From Azolla caroliniana (lineage: Eukaryota; Plantae; Polypodiophyta), in contig JBHGNT010000004.1 of NCBI GenBank assembly GCA_043228905.1, positions 19,902,001 to 19,966,000 of the forward strand: a stretch of 64,000 nucleotides of DNA. The letters are read 5' to 3'. Shown piece after piece: positions 1-13,809 of this stretch (position 1 is its first letter; each line of letters starts with the position of its first letter). A program made the position numbers and the translations under genes. Under the pieces are notes generated by a model. It ran no database searches. It was not told the origin of the DNA and worked only from the letters and a program-made list of their open reading frames with translations.

Positions 1-109
1 CTTATCAAATACAGATTTATCCGAATCGACGTGGTTCTTCCAGCACTCGCTTTCCCGGTGGCCCTTCTTGCCACAATACCAACATTCCTTGTCGGTGTTT
101 CCTTGCCGG

Positions 110-1477
110 TGTCGTGAAAATACGACGAAGATACGTGAACTTGAGGCAGGACCTTGGGGCCTCAGACTAGAGGATAACAAAATCGTGAGTTTGTATTAAA
201 GAATTAACGGAAATGAGAAAGTTTATCAAGTTTTATTAGCAAAGGAAAAGAAAAATTACAATCTATCCCAAGATTGGGATTACAAAAGTTTAGGTTTAAA
301 GATATTAATAGATAAGAAAAATTAGGTTTTTTGGGTGATATGGCTTCCGTAAGGAAAATTAGAGTTTATGCAGAGATAGCTTCCAAAAACTTAAGGAATA
401 AAAAATTATATAATAATAATCATCATCCTATTACATTGTGCTTTCCATGCTTATATAGTGATGGGAGAGGCTTCGCACCTAGCAATCCATGTTTTTTCTC
501 TCCTATCTATGGACTATATGCTTTCCCTATTTATAGACTATATGTTTTCTCTATCTATAGACTATATGCTTTCTCTAACATGCTTCTTCTAAAAGTGATC
601 ATGCTTCTTCTTCTTTTTTATCCTCATGCATTTTTATCGACTATAGTGTTTATGCATGTGAGATGTGCATGAATAGCTTTTTCGATCATGCATTGTCTTT
701 TAACTAAACTTTTATGCACTCTACGTTCAACTACATGCGTCCACACATGACCTTTTACTTTAGTTGCATGCGACCGTACAGTTCAAGCTATGCAGGATTT
801 GTACAGTCGTCTCGATAGATCCGACCTCTCGACATTCCCGACCATCCCAATCCGGACAGTGCAAACCGTTCCAAAAATCATTTTGAGCAATTCCATCCAC
901 ATTTGTTCATCCAAGAAGTTCCATCACATCCGTCCGAACAACTCGGCCAAAATCGCTCCGATTGTTCTATGCTCCAAACACAAATATATGAAGTAATTGA
1001 TTCTGGGTCTACTTATATAATGTTGGATCCTATATTATCCTATCTATGTGGGATATCTTAAAGTTCTATTTTCCCCATCTTCTCAAACACAAATATATAA
1101 AGTAATTGATTCTGGGTCTGCTTATATAATGTTGGATCCTATATTATCCTATCTATGTGGGATATCTTCTCAAACAAAAATCGCTCTGATTGTTCTATGC
1201 TCCAAACACAAATATATGAAGTAATTGATTCTGGGTCTCCTTATATAATGTTGGGTCCTATATTATCCTATCTCTGTGGGATATCTTACAGTTCTATTTT
1301 CCCCATCTTCTCAAAATTCATACTCGCATAACTTGATACTTAGTCGTCTGTTTCATATGTAGTAAAATGCGTTCAAAAGCTCTTGAAGACATCCATCTTT
1401 CCCATATCAAACCATTACACTAATCTAGAATAATTATTTCATTATTTTTCATATCGTGTGTGAAGAACCACACGACA
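110..1477. mobile_element. Solo-LTR-like insertion with a 4-bp TSD
   Basis: Ends are TGTCGTG...CACGACA, flanked by CCGG/CCGG (106-109, 1478-1481). Removing the insert and one TSD restores the host gag frame (GNRQGNTDKECWYC). No coding capacity. Confidence 0.85.
976..1315. repeat. Three ~85-110 bp tandem units inside the solo LTR
   Basis: CAAACACAAATATAT(G/A)AAGTAATTGATTCTGGGTCT...GGATATCTT occurs at about 975, 1084 and 1203. Confidence 0.9.
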
Positions 1478-2955
1478 CCGGTTTCCGACGCCGCTTTGAC
1501 TCCCCTACTCGTGGAGGGTCTGGAACTGTTGTCGGCACTATCTTTGTGCCTCTGATTCTACTCTTGCCAACCGCCGCTATTGTGTGCCGACACACCTCGT
1601 CCTCCACGCCCATGGGGCCGATCCGCCTCCGTGTACAGCATTTGGTTATCTGGTTTAGTGGTCCTCGACCCACTCGCGTAGTTTTCCTCGACCATCAGCA
1701 TCGATTGCAGATCGAAGGAGCACATTGGTTTCTACTAGGTACAAATTGTCATCCGGATTGGCCCATACCGTTGTGCTGGACCACCAAGGCAAATTTGAAC
1801 CATCTCGTCTTTCTCCACCGTCATGTTGACGGACCCGACCGCATCGCAAATCTCCCTGATCTTGGTGGTGTAGTCGGTAACCGACATGTCCCATTGCCAA
1901 ATACTGTTGGGTTCTTGTCGGAGCTACAATTTCTAAGCCATGGTACTTGCGGCGAAAATCTTCCAGAGATTTTCCCAAGCCAACGTGGCGTTTTCGCGGC
2001 TCTGATATAGCCGAGCATCTGGTCATGCACACAAGATGCGAGACAGTATAGCACTCTACTCGCTCCTTGCTCCCATGTCGAGAAGTCCTTGTGTGGCAAA
2101 TCCGACGCTACTACATTTGCTCCTTCCACGTAGCTCTAGTATTGGTGCATTTTATACAACCACGACGCATAGTTGTTACGGTCGATCTTTTCTATAGGAA
2201 GTGAGCTCGCCGTGCATCTGTCCATATCTTCCCTCTTTCTTTTGTTCTTTACCGGTAATTAGGGTTCATCTGTAGAGGTCGCTTGTTGGTAGTAGAGGTT
2301 CTCACCCCTCACGCTGTAAATGTAAAAATATGGAAGCTTGTAGACAAATCGGATTAGTCAGATACCAACAGAAAACAGAGACAAAGTTTAATGGAAGCTT
2401 GAACACGTAGAGTACATGGGAGAGACAGAGAGAACAGAACAGTCAACTCTATTCAAAATAATAAACACTCTGTACATAGAATATGCCCAATGAGCACTTT
2501 TATACAAGTCCATAAAAGGACTAAAAGAAGTACTGACATGTACTTCAATGCTCATACGAGCAATTGACACTAACTCCTAAAAATATGCATATGTACTAGG
2601 CTAGATTTATAGGCCTCTAATAGCCTACTGGTTACAATCTGATCCGGCTCTCCGATCCGGATCCTGGTTCCAAATACCGATCCGGATACGGGCTTCGGCT
2701 TTTTCAGCCACTACATATCTGGCTGAGCTTGCCTGCTCAACATCATCTTTACTCCTGGGGCAAATATTTTGTCGAAATCCACACCCTTCTTCTGTTGAAA
2801 ACCTTTCACAACGATTCGGCTTTGTATGTGGGTGGATTCCCATTTTCTCTCAGCTTCAATTTGTATACCCACTTGTTCTGGAGTGCCTTCTTTCCTTTTG
2901 GCAACTCAGTCAGTTCATACGTGTGGCTCCTGAAATCGGCTCCTACTCACCATCT

Positions 2956-5900
2956 TGTTAGGAAATAGGTCCCTCCTGATGGGAAGTGAGAAGAACAGTA
3001 TTGATGAGCAAACTCGGCCGAGGCCGAAACCGGATGTGGAGTACCCGGCTACGGAAGACCCGATGAGAACCAGATGAGGAGTACCCGGCAAGAGCCGGAT
3101 GGTGAAGACCCGGTGAGAACCGGATGAGGAGTACCCGGCGAGAGCCGGATGGTTTAGGCCCGGTGAGAAGTGCTCATCGGATGAAGGGACATATTCATAA
3201 ATATGTTTCCTGAGAGTCCATCGGGGCTATATTTGTAAATAGCCGAAAAGTCATATTAGTATAAATATGACTTAGGGCAAACTCAGTATAGTGTTGTTGT
3301 CATTCTTGTTGGCGCAAGATTAGAACGCAATAGTGTACAAAGAGAGAGAGGGATAAAGAGACGAAGAGTTCATATCTCTATTGTAACCGCCGCCTGTGGC
3401 GAAGACAGTGAACAAGAGGTCGTTGCCTCTGTGTTCATCTATTGTATATTGTTACATAGTGATAGTTAGCAGTCAGTGGACTGCCGTGGTTTTTCCCGTG
3501 TTTGGGTTTTCCACATAAACATCCTGTGTACTCCTCTCTCCATTGTGTCGTGTATTCATTCCCCGTTTTCTGTGTTTGATTCTAAGCTCGGTTGTGGCCG
3601 AGCATTGTTCATCCGGAGCGTGTAGTTCCTGTCAAAGTGGTATCAGAGCGAAACGACACAGAAAATGGACGAAACATTGGGCGGCATGTTCAAGCTCACC
3701 GGCTCCAACTATTCAATGTGGAAGTCGAAGATGAGGGACATGCTCGTGGTTAAAGATCTTTGGTTGCTGGTCCAGTTCGGGGACAAGAGACCGGACAAAA
3801 TCGAGGCCACGATATGGGAGGTGATGCACATGAAGACAACGGCTTACATACGGTGCTTCATCGACATGAGTCTATACAACAATTTCAATGAAGAGAGCAA
3901 GGCTCATGAGCTCTGGGAGAAGATCAGCATTATGTTTCAGAACAAAAATGTTGTCAATCAAGTTTCGGTATTTCGGAAGCTAGTAAGACTCCGGTACCAA
4001 GATGGCTCCAGCATGGCGGAGCACATGAAACTTCCAGGGGCTGATCCACCAGGCAACATCATTGGAAGTACCTCTTGCCGATGAGGTACTAGCACTACTC
4101 TTGCTCGGTTCCCTCCTAGATAGCTAGGAGACGTTGGTTGTCACCTTGGGCAACGCCGGGCCGGAAGGGAAATGGTTATCCCTAGCAAGAGTGAAGTCGA
4201 GCTGGCTAGATGAGGAGGCCCATCGGAAAGATAAGGATACGAGCTCCGACTCCAAAGCGCTCCTTACCGAATCGGAACGTGGAAGACAAAGGAACCGTAG
4301 TCCCCAGAACCAGGAAAAGTTGGGGACACGGTCAAAGTCAAGGGGGAGGCCTACTTGCTTCTATTGCGGCAAGCCGGGACACTTCCAGAAGAATTGTCGG
4401 CATTTCCGAAAAGACAAGGAAACCAACGGTACCGATTCGAAGCGGACACCGGACTAGAATGGTAAAGACCGGAGGGGAACGGACCGGAAGGGAACGACGG
4501 CAATCGCAGCAAGTGAAGAAGAGTTGATGCTCATCACCGAGGAGAGTGAGATAAACCTTGCCGACGACGAGATGACCTGGGTGGTCGACTCCGGAGCGTC
4601 GTCCACCTTACCCCGGACTGGAAATGCTTCTCATCCTACTCAGCCGGTAATCACGGCTATGTCTGGATGGGGAATGAAGGTACGTGCCGAATTGTCGGCA
4701 TAGGAGATGTGTGGCTGACAACACCAACCGGATGCAAGCTACTGTTGAAGGATGTCTGACATGTTCCGGAGGTTTGTCTGAACCTGATATCAGCCGGTCG
4801 GCTAGATGATGAAGGCTACACGGGTAGCATCCGGAACGGTGTTATGAAGTTCAGCAAAGGGAGCCTGATTGTGGCTCGGGCCCGGAAGGTAAACACGTTG
4901 TACCTGATGAATGCCCGGTTATGTCCGGAGGAAGTGAACGTGGCATCCGACACTACCGGTGAGCTGTGGCACAAAAGGTTGTGTCACATGAGCGAGAAGG
5001 GGATGAAGAGGCTTGCAGACGACAACCTCATTCCAGTGAAGAACGTGCACTTGGAGAAGTGCACTGATTGTCTGGCCGGTAAGCAAAACCATACCTCCTT
5101 CCGACCAAGGCCACCGATGAGACGTAATGCACCACTGGAGTTGGTGCATACTGATGTGTGTCAAGTGGACACGAAGTCACATGCAGGATCGCAGTATTTC
5201 GACAACCGGAAGCTGTGGGCCACACCGTTGAAGACGAAGGATCAAGTGCTATCTGTCTTCAAAGAGCTCCACGCGAGAGTGGAAAGAGAAACCGGCCGGA
5301 AGCTGAAGGCGGTTCGAGCAGATAACGGAGGTGAATACCGGGGGCAGTTCAAGGAGTACTATCGCTTGAAGGGAATCCGGCTCGAATTTACCGTGCTGAA
5401 GATGCCGGAACTAAACAGGCTGGCCGAGAGGATGAACCGAACCATAATGGAGAGGGTCCGGAGTATGCTGGCGCAAGCAAAACTACCCAAGAAGTTTTGG
5501 GTTGAGGCACTGTCGATGGCGACATATGTGATAAACAGATCACCCTCAATACCCTTGGACAGAGACACGCCACAGAGAGTGTGGACCGGTAAGGAAGTTT
5601 CCTACCGGCATCTGAAGGTATTCGGGTGTCTCGCGTACGTGCATGTAGCTAAGGACCGGAAGGAAAGTTGGATCCAAAGACTCGGCCATGCATATTCCTC
5701 GGTTACGGCGACGATGAGTTCGGCTACCGAGTGTGGGACCTGGTCGACAAGAAGGTATTCCAGAGTCGAGATATTATCTTCATGGAGGACAAGACGCTCG
5801 CCGATTGGGAGTTGGAGAAGAAGATAACGAACTCCAAGTCGACCGGTAAGGATCGATTCTACGATGAACAGACCCAACCGGCAAGAGACTGGCTAGCACT

Positions 5901-8401
5901 GGAGGAACCAGCCGGTTACGGTGAGGATACTGAAGCGGCAGAAGAAGAAGTAGAGGAAGTTGAAACCGGAACCGGCCAAGACCCCGAATCGGATTCGGAT
6001 GAAGATCAAATAGTGGAGCCGGTTCCCGAAGGCCAAAGACGGAGATATCCTCCTAGAGAGAGAAGGCCCCCCCGAAGATTTCCGGATTCAAAGCATGTGC
6101 TGCTGACCGATGAGGGAGAGCCGGAAAGCTTCGAAGAAGCGAAGGATGACACCCACAACCGCAAATGGTTAAGTGTCATGCAGGATGAGATGGATTCCCT
6201 GCATGAGAACCATACGTATGAATTGGTGGAGTTGCCGAAAGGAAAGCGGGCACTCCGAAATAAGTGGGTGTACAAGTTGAAACCGGGAGATGCCGGCAAC
6301 CGCCCGAGATACAAAGCCAGGATCATGGTGAAGGGTTTCCAGCAGAAGAAGGGCGTGGACTTCGACGAGATATTTGCCCCGGTAGTAAAGATGAACTCCA
6401 TCCGGACAGTGCTGAGTATAGCGGCAAGCATGGACCTCGAGGTAGAGCAGTTGGACGTGAAGACGGCATTCCTTCACGGTGACCTCGAAGAGGAGATCTA
6501 CATGCAGGAACCGGAAGGATTCGTGGAGAAAGGGAAGGAGCTCCTGGTTTGCCGGTTGAAGAAGAGCCTGTACGGACTGAAGCAGGCTCCCCGACAATGG
6601 TACCGGAAGTTCGACTCCTTCATGACCGATCAAAGGTACCACAAGACGCAGGCTGATCACTGTGTGTTTGTGAAGAAATTCGAAGGAGGCGACTTCCTGA
6701 TACTCCTTCTGTACGTGGATGACATGCTAATCATTGGACGGGACCAAGCCAGAATACAGATGCTGAAGAAGGCTCTCAACTGAACTTTCGCAATGAAAGA
6801 TTTGGGTTCGGCGAGACAGATGTTGGGGATGCATATCATCTGGAACCGGCCAACGAAGCAATTGTGGCTGTCACAGGAGAAATACATGACAAAGGTGCTT
6901 CAGCGGTTCAACATGTTAGAAACGAAACCGGTCGGATCGACACTCCCGGCAAACTGCAGATTATCCGGTAAGCAAAGCCCGAAGACGAAAGCAGAGAAGG
7001 CTGATATGATGAAGGTTCCATATGCCTCTGCCTTCGGGAGCTTGATGTACACAATGGTGTGTACCCGACCGGATATAGGATACGCAATCGGAGTGGTGGG
7101 CCAGTTTATGAGCAATCCCGGCAAGGAGCACTGGAATGCGATCAAATGGATACTCGGGTACTTGAAGGGCACTTCGAACATGTGTCTCCGATTCGGCTCC
7201 GGTAAACCTCAACTTGACGGTTTTACCGATTTAGACATGTCGGCTGATGTGGATACCAGCCGGTCTACATCCGGGTATGTAATGACATATGCAAAGGGAG
7301 CTGTTTCGTGACAGTCGAGGCTGCAGAAGACGGTTGCGTTGTCAACCATGGAGGCGGAGTTCATGGCGGTTGTGGAAGCCGGCAAGGAAATATTATGGAT
7401 GAACGACTTCATCGGAGAGCTCGGTATTCGGCAAGATGACTACCGGCTCTATTGCAACAGTCAAAGTGCCATCCACTTTGCTAAGAATGTGGCTTACCAT
7501 TCCAGGACGAAGCATATCCAGCGAAGGTATCACTGGATCCGGGAAAGATTAGATAACCAGGAGTTCGCGCTGACGAAGATCCACACGGCCGAGAACGGGT
7601 CAGATATGCTGACCAAAGTACTGATACCCGACCAGCTGGATGCATGTCGAAAGCGGATCGGACTAGTAAGACATCCCATGCCAGAGTGAAGGGGGAGTTT
7701 GTTAAGAAACAGGTCCCTCCGGATGGGAAGTGAGAAGAACAGTACCGGATGTGGAGTACCCGGCTACGGAAGACCCGGTGAGAACCGGATGAGGAGTACC
7801 CGGTATGAGCCGGATGGTGAAGACTCGGTGAGAACCGGATGAGGAGTACCCGGCAAGAGCCGGATGGTGAAGACCCGGTGAGAACCGGATGAGGAGTACC
7901 CGGCAAGAGCCGGATGGTGAAGGCCCGGTGAGAAGTGCTCACCGGATGAAGGGACATATTCATAAATATGTTTCATGAGAGTCCATCGGGGCTATATTTG
8001 TAAATAGCCGAAAAGTCATATTAGTATAAATATGACTTAGGGCAAACTCAGTATAGTGTTGTTGTCATTCTTGTTGGCGCAAGATTAGAACGCAACAGTG
8101 TACAGAGAGAGAGAGAGAAAGAAAGAGACGAAGAGTTTGTATCTCTGTTGTAACCGCCCCCTATGGCGAAGACAATGAACAAGAGGTCGTTGCCTCTGTG
8201 TTCATCTATTGTATATTGTTACATAGTGATACTTAGCAGTCAGTGGACTGCCGTGGTTTTTCCCGTGTTTGGGTTTTCCATGTAAACATCCTGTGTACTC
8301 TTCTCTCCATTGTGTTGTGTATTCATTCCCCGTTTTCTATGTTTGATTCTAAGCTCGGTTGTGGCCGAGCATTGTTCATCCAGAGCGTGTAGTTCCTGTC
8401 A
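2956..8401 (+). mobile_element. Full-length Ty1/copia LTR retrotransposon (Tork/Tnt1-like), with disrupted ORF
   Basis: LTRs 2956-3634 and 7700-8401 (TG..CA). PBS TGGTATCAGAGC (tRNA-iMet) at 3638. PPT GAAGGGGGAG at ~7688. TSD CATCT/CTTCT with one mismatch. Confidence 0.95.
3665..7689 (+). pseudogene. Copia gag-pol polyprotein (GAG-CCHC, PR, INT, RT, RNaseH) with stops and frameshifts
   Basis: Motifs in copia domain order: CFYCGKPGHFQKNC, WVVDSGAS, VRADNGGEY, QLDVKTAFLHG, YVDDM, SRTKHIQRRYH. Confidence 0.95.
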
Positions 8402-10378
8402 CTTCTTCAGTCAGCTCTTCATCCAAGTCTGATTCGGAGCCTTGTTCAATTGACTGTCTTCTTTCAACCGGTTCCCTTTGTTCCTCAGTCGGCTCTCGGC
8501 TGACTGGTTCATATCTAACTTCAGTCAAATTGACCGATGTCCGATTTGACCGATCATCAACTCGGCTTAAATCGGCAGTTGAGGTTCTATCTTCTTCATC
8601 TCCCAGTCGGCAATCATCTTTTCTTCCATGAAGACAATATCTTGGCTCTTAGTCACCTTCTTGATTAGGTCCCATAGTCAATAGTTGAATTCATCTTCAC
8701 TATAGCTGAGGAATAGACACGGTCAACTCTTGGGATCATGTTTCCCCCTCTGGCCTTATCTACATGCACATTGGCCAGGCAACCAAACACCCTCAAATAT
8801 CCATATGACCTTGCTTTGCTGGACAATACCCTTTGTGGTATGTCACCTTCCAGTGGTACCGAGGGAGACATGTTTATTATGTAAAAGGCTATCATCAACG
8901 CCTCGGCCCAGTATATCTTCGGTAGCTTTGGATATGCCAACATACTTCGAACTCTTTCCATAATAGTCTGGTTCATTCTTTCAATTGGCTCGTTCAACTC
9001 CGCCATCTTCCGCACTATCTACTCTAGCCGGATACCTTGCAATCTGCCGTACTCTTCGAACTACCCTCTGTATTCACCTCCATTATCAGTCCAGACTGCT
9101 TTCAGCTTCTATACGGATCCCCTTTCAGGTCTCGCTTGGAACTCTTTGAAGATAGAAAACACTTGGTCCTTTGTCTTCAGCGCAGAAAACCACAACTTCC
9201 GACTATAGACATCTATGAAGGTCACAAAGTATTGTGCATCGGCATGTGACTTTGCATCAACTTGGCACACATCCGTATGCACAAGTTCCAGAGCATTCTT
9301 CCTCCTACTCAAAGGCCTAGCGTGAAAGGAAACCCTATTCTGTTTTCCGGCCAAGCAGTCAGCACATTTATCCAAATGCACATTCTTCACCTCCGGTAGG
9401 AGTTCTTTTTCGTCTACCATCTGCATACCCTAGCCTCTTATGCCACAACTCACCGGTTGTGTCGGTTGTAACGTTTACCTCGTTTTGGCACAGTCGTGCA
9501 TGCAATACATACAATGTATTTTGCTTCTTGGCCCAAGCCACAATCAAGTTCCCTCTACATAATTTCCAACTTCCATTTCGACTTCCACACTAAGTAGTTG
9601 GAGCCGGTTATCTTTCAAGAACATTCCACCGAATGAGTCTTCCATTTTCTTTCTTTGCTTGAAGGTTATGAACCATCACTCTAATACCAATTTGTTATGA
9701 GATTAGACCACATCCGATTCTCACTCACAAGTGGAAATGAAAGAACAAAAAATGAATACACAAACAAGAGCACACAAGATGTTTACATGGAAAACCCTGA
9801 AACAGAAAAACCACGGGAGCACACAGACTCCAAATTATTACACTATGTATGAGAGGATACAAGGAGACTCGTAGGCAACAACCTCGAGCTTGTCTTTGTC
9901 TAATAGACGATTACAACATAGTTACTTCTAACTCTCACACTCTCTCACAACACTCTCTAGTTACAGAGACAACAACACACTATATCTTTTACAACAATGA
10001 TGATCATACTTAACTACTTGCCCTAATAATATCTATACTCATATACACAATATGAGTTATTTACAAATATAGCCCACTAAGAGCACATTGAGGCTATTTA
10101 CAATTATAGCTCTGAGTCGGCTTCGATCAATTCGGTTATTAGCCGAATCGATTATTGCCCGAATTTCGACCTCGACCAAATCGGGAATCAATCGATTTTT
10201 TTGCCTCAGTCGAGTCATTGTTGACCGATTTTGCTTACTCTTCTCTCCAGCTTGTGTTCTCCTTCCCATCTGAAGGGACTTGTTTCCTAATTGTATATAT
10301 GTATTTATGTATGTATGTATGTATGTATGTATGTGTAAAGAAATGAGGAGCAAGAGTGGCTGAAATGCAGCGGAAGGA

Positions 10379-10417
<39 letters not shown>

Positions 10418-10423
10418 TAAGGC

Positions 10424-10479
<56 letters not shown>

Positions 10480-13400
10480 CAGAGATAAGAGACTGTATAT
10501 TACATTAACCAAATTCATTCCAACAATAACTAAGTTACAAGGGGTTGGTTTAAATACCAACTAAGCTAGCTCAGGTGCCCTTTCTACTATTTACAAAACT
10601 AGCCTAGTATAACCATGAGCTAGTGTGAAACCTATTATTATGGGAAGTTGAGTTCGACTCTCAACACGCCCCTTCGAACACAACTTTCATCTGTCAAAGA
10701 GTTGTTTCGGTTCGGTCTTCGGAATCCGGCTTCCGGCGTTCGTAATCCTCAAGCTGGATTGTTCGACTTTTCGGCTTCGTGCTCGGTTCGATTAACTACG
10801 TGTTGCGTACTTACATATCGTTGCATGTTGCGTACTCGATCAATTGCATATAGCTCGCAATACTCCCCCTCAAGCTCGGCAATGTGGATGTCATGAGACC
10901 AAGGTCTGATGCGAATTGCCCGAGCTTGTCGACTCCTAAGGCCTTCGTAAAAATATCAGCAATCTGGAGGTGCGTATTGATATGTTGTAGATCGATTTCT
11001 TTGGCTTGTACACGCTCGCAGATGAAGTGGTAGTGCACTCCGATGTGTTTAGTCCGGGTGTGGAAGACGGGGTTCCAAGCGAGGTAGATGTTGCTCATGT
11101 TGTCACATAAGAGGCGAATTGGATCCGTAATGGAAACGCCCAGATCCTTCAGTATGCGCTTGAGCCATACGGCTTCGCATGCGGCAATTGCCGCGCCCCT
11201 GTATTCGGCTTCTATGCTCGACAATGCGACTGTCAGTTGCTTCTTACTACTCTAGGAGATCGCTCCGCTGCCAAGGGAGAAGAAGAATCTAGATGTGGAT
11301 CGTCTATCTACTTTGTAGCCTGCCTAGTCCACGTCTATGTATCCTTCGAGTCGAATGGTCATATTTGACTTATACATAATGCCATAATCCATTGTAGTAC
11401 TGACATACCAGAGTACCCTCTTAGCGCAATCGAGATGAAGGTTTCGCGGATTCTGCATGAATTGGCTAAGTAGGCCGACCGAATAACTAAGATCGGGTCG
11501 CATAATGGTGAAATAGATTAAACTACCGATTAGTTGACGATACTGAGTTGACTCGCACACAGCTGTGTTGGAATCGGCATCCATCTTGAGATTATGATCG
11601 AGAGGGGTGGACACAGGTTTGCATTCGGTCATTCCGAACTTGTAGAGCAAGTTGAGAACGTAGTGCCATTGAGAGATCATTATTCCGACTGGTGTCTGAA
11701 TTACTTCAATGCCTAGGAATCTACCCGAGAGGAGTGATTTGACTTTGTTAATCTCGGCGAGATCCTTTCCTCCGATGACCAAATCATCCACGTAAAGGAT
11801 GATGACAATCGGGCTATCCGACTCGTTCCAAATGTACAGGGAAGTATCAGATTTTGACATTCGAAATCCGATCTAATGAACATACTGCGTGATCTTCGAG
11901 TGCCATGCACGGGGTGCTTGTTTGAAGACGTATGGTGGCTTCTTGAGGCGGCATACGGCGTGTGTATGACTACACAATTCAAATCCGGGTGGTTGAATCA
12001 TATATACTTCCTCTTCTAATTCTCCTTGGAGGAAGGCAAAGTACACGTCCATTTGATGGAGGTGCCACCCTTTTACTGCTGCAAGAGAAATTACGGTTCG
12101 CACGGTGGTCATCTTTGCCATCGGGGCAAAGGTCTCTTTGTAGTCTACGTTGTGCGTTTGCGCTTTGTCGCGTTGTTACGCGCGTGCGTGGTGAAAGGCG
12201 GGACCACGAGGGTCTTGGACTAGGGAGCGACGGAGCATAGGAAGTCGTGCTTCACTACTTCTGGGGCATCTCAGAAACACACCGGAAGCAACCGAAGGGA
12301 GAGAGAGCGAGAGAGAGAGAGAGCGCCTAACACCGACTCACGCACCCTATGTACAAGAAACGCAGGGAAGGAGGGGAGCACCCGACACCAACAAGACGCC
12401 AATATAAACAGACAGACGCAAACGTATATGTATATATATATAAGGAGAATACACTCCCGGCTTCGAGCCGGACTGAGGTAGGTTACAGTAGTCGTCTGCT
12501 GCCAAGCCGCCGTCGGGGAGCTCACGAGCTCGTCGCGCCGAGCGGGGTCTTGCGCAGGAGATGAGCTGAAGCAAACCCTAAGCGAACGCGAAGGGGGGAA
12601 GAAGAAGAAGCAAAAGAAACCTAACCCTAAACCTATCGATATACCCTCTAATGCAAAAATGGGCAACCCTTACACAAAGGGCGTTCCCTTCCTTTTATAG
12701 ATCAAGGAAAGGGATGCGCTACAATGTGGGACAAATCCCGACTTACATGGGATCGTCTGTCCCGACTTGACTACTCTTGGGCGCCATAAAGGCGCCCTCG
12801 ATATTCACACTAAATGTACATGGGTGCGTACACACGCTGCACCCCGCCGATGTAGCCAATATTTCCCGGTTTTCGCCTATGGCCGAAATTCTTCACGACA
12901 TCCGCCCCCACCTAACTGCACGTCCACCGGTACGTGCCAATCTGGTTGAAGGGTGAGAGATTTCGGCCGGTGAGAAACCAGTCTCCCGTGATCCGCATCC
13001 CGGCTCGCTACCGGTTTGACCCGTCGGCTTCGAGTCTTCCTTCGTGCTTGCCTCCCCGTACGCTCGTTCGACCCGTCGATGGGTCCTCTGCCGTGATCTC
13101 CGTAGTACGCGTACTTCCGTTGGCCCTTGTTCGGCCGTATGAACGCCTCGCTTCCATCGTATGCCCGATGTCCTCCGCTTGAGCAATGCTCGTGGCAGCC
13201 CGCTTGGCCTCCGTTGTTGAATCGTGATGTCCCGATGGTGTTTCGTGTCGCGTTCGTCCTTCCGCCGCCACCTTCCTTCTCCATGGTCTTACATTGCCGC
13301 GTCGGCTCGATCCGCCATGGTCTCCGAAACGGTGTGGAGGATCCCTTTCCGGCCTTCTCCGCGCTCGCCTTCCTGCTCTGGCACCTCCGCGTGCCACATA

Positions 13401-13604
13401 CCCTTGTCTGTTGTTTGGCACTGCCCGTGTTGCACTCCTCGTCAGCCCCTTTTCGGCCAGATCGTGCATTGCTGTTCACCCGCATACCGGTGTCCTTTGC
13501 ATCCGAGGAACACCCCGTAGTAGCCCGCTTGGCCCTTCCCGCCTTCGTGCTGCTACAACAGGTCCTTGTCGTCGTCCCCTCGCCCCCACCAGCTTGTCAC
13601 CCCG

Positions 13605-13809
13605 TGTTACGGGCATGACCATATAATATCCCGTGGTAAGAATTTACCGTAGTATTCTTTACACTCTCGTTTAACCCTCACACTTATCCACGTGTATAGA
13701 ATTTACCGTATAATATCCATGACCATATAATATCCCGTGGTAAGAATTTACCGTAGTATTCTTCACACTCTCGTTTAACCCTCACACTTATATGGTCATG
13801 CCCGTAACA
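13605..13809. mobile_element. 205-bp MITE-like element with 22-bp TIRs, TG..CA ends and a 5-bp TSD
   Basis: TGTTACGGGCATGACCATATAA at the left end and its perfect reverse complement at the right end. TSD CCCCG/CCCCG. Internal ~73-bp direct repeat. AT-rich island in a GC-rich host. Confidence 0.9.

Larger units (their letters stand above)
1..2742 (-). mobile_element. Degenerate Ty1/copia 5' portion (5' LTR 2321-2742 plus gag), interrupted by a solo LTR at 110-1477
   Basis: Minus-strand gag motifs: SSLPIEKIDRNNYASW, WEQGASRVLYCLASCVHDQ, and the zinc knuckle CWYCGKKGHRESEC at 1-100. These match the gag of the copia at 48479-54560. The LTR ends ...CTCAACA at 2742 and the PBS is eroded. Confidence 0.85.
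2743..10050 (-). mobile_element. Degenerate Tork/Tnt1-like copia remnant, split by a younger copia at 2956-8401
   Basis: RT fragment at 2743-2950 (NKWVYKLK...KGFQQKKGVDFDKIFAP). Integrase at 8402-9430 (LELVHTDVCQ). Degenerate PBS (plus-strand ACTCTAATACCA, ~9678) next to a 5' LTR at about 9693-10050; the outer boundary is approximate. Confidence 0.8.
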
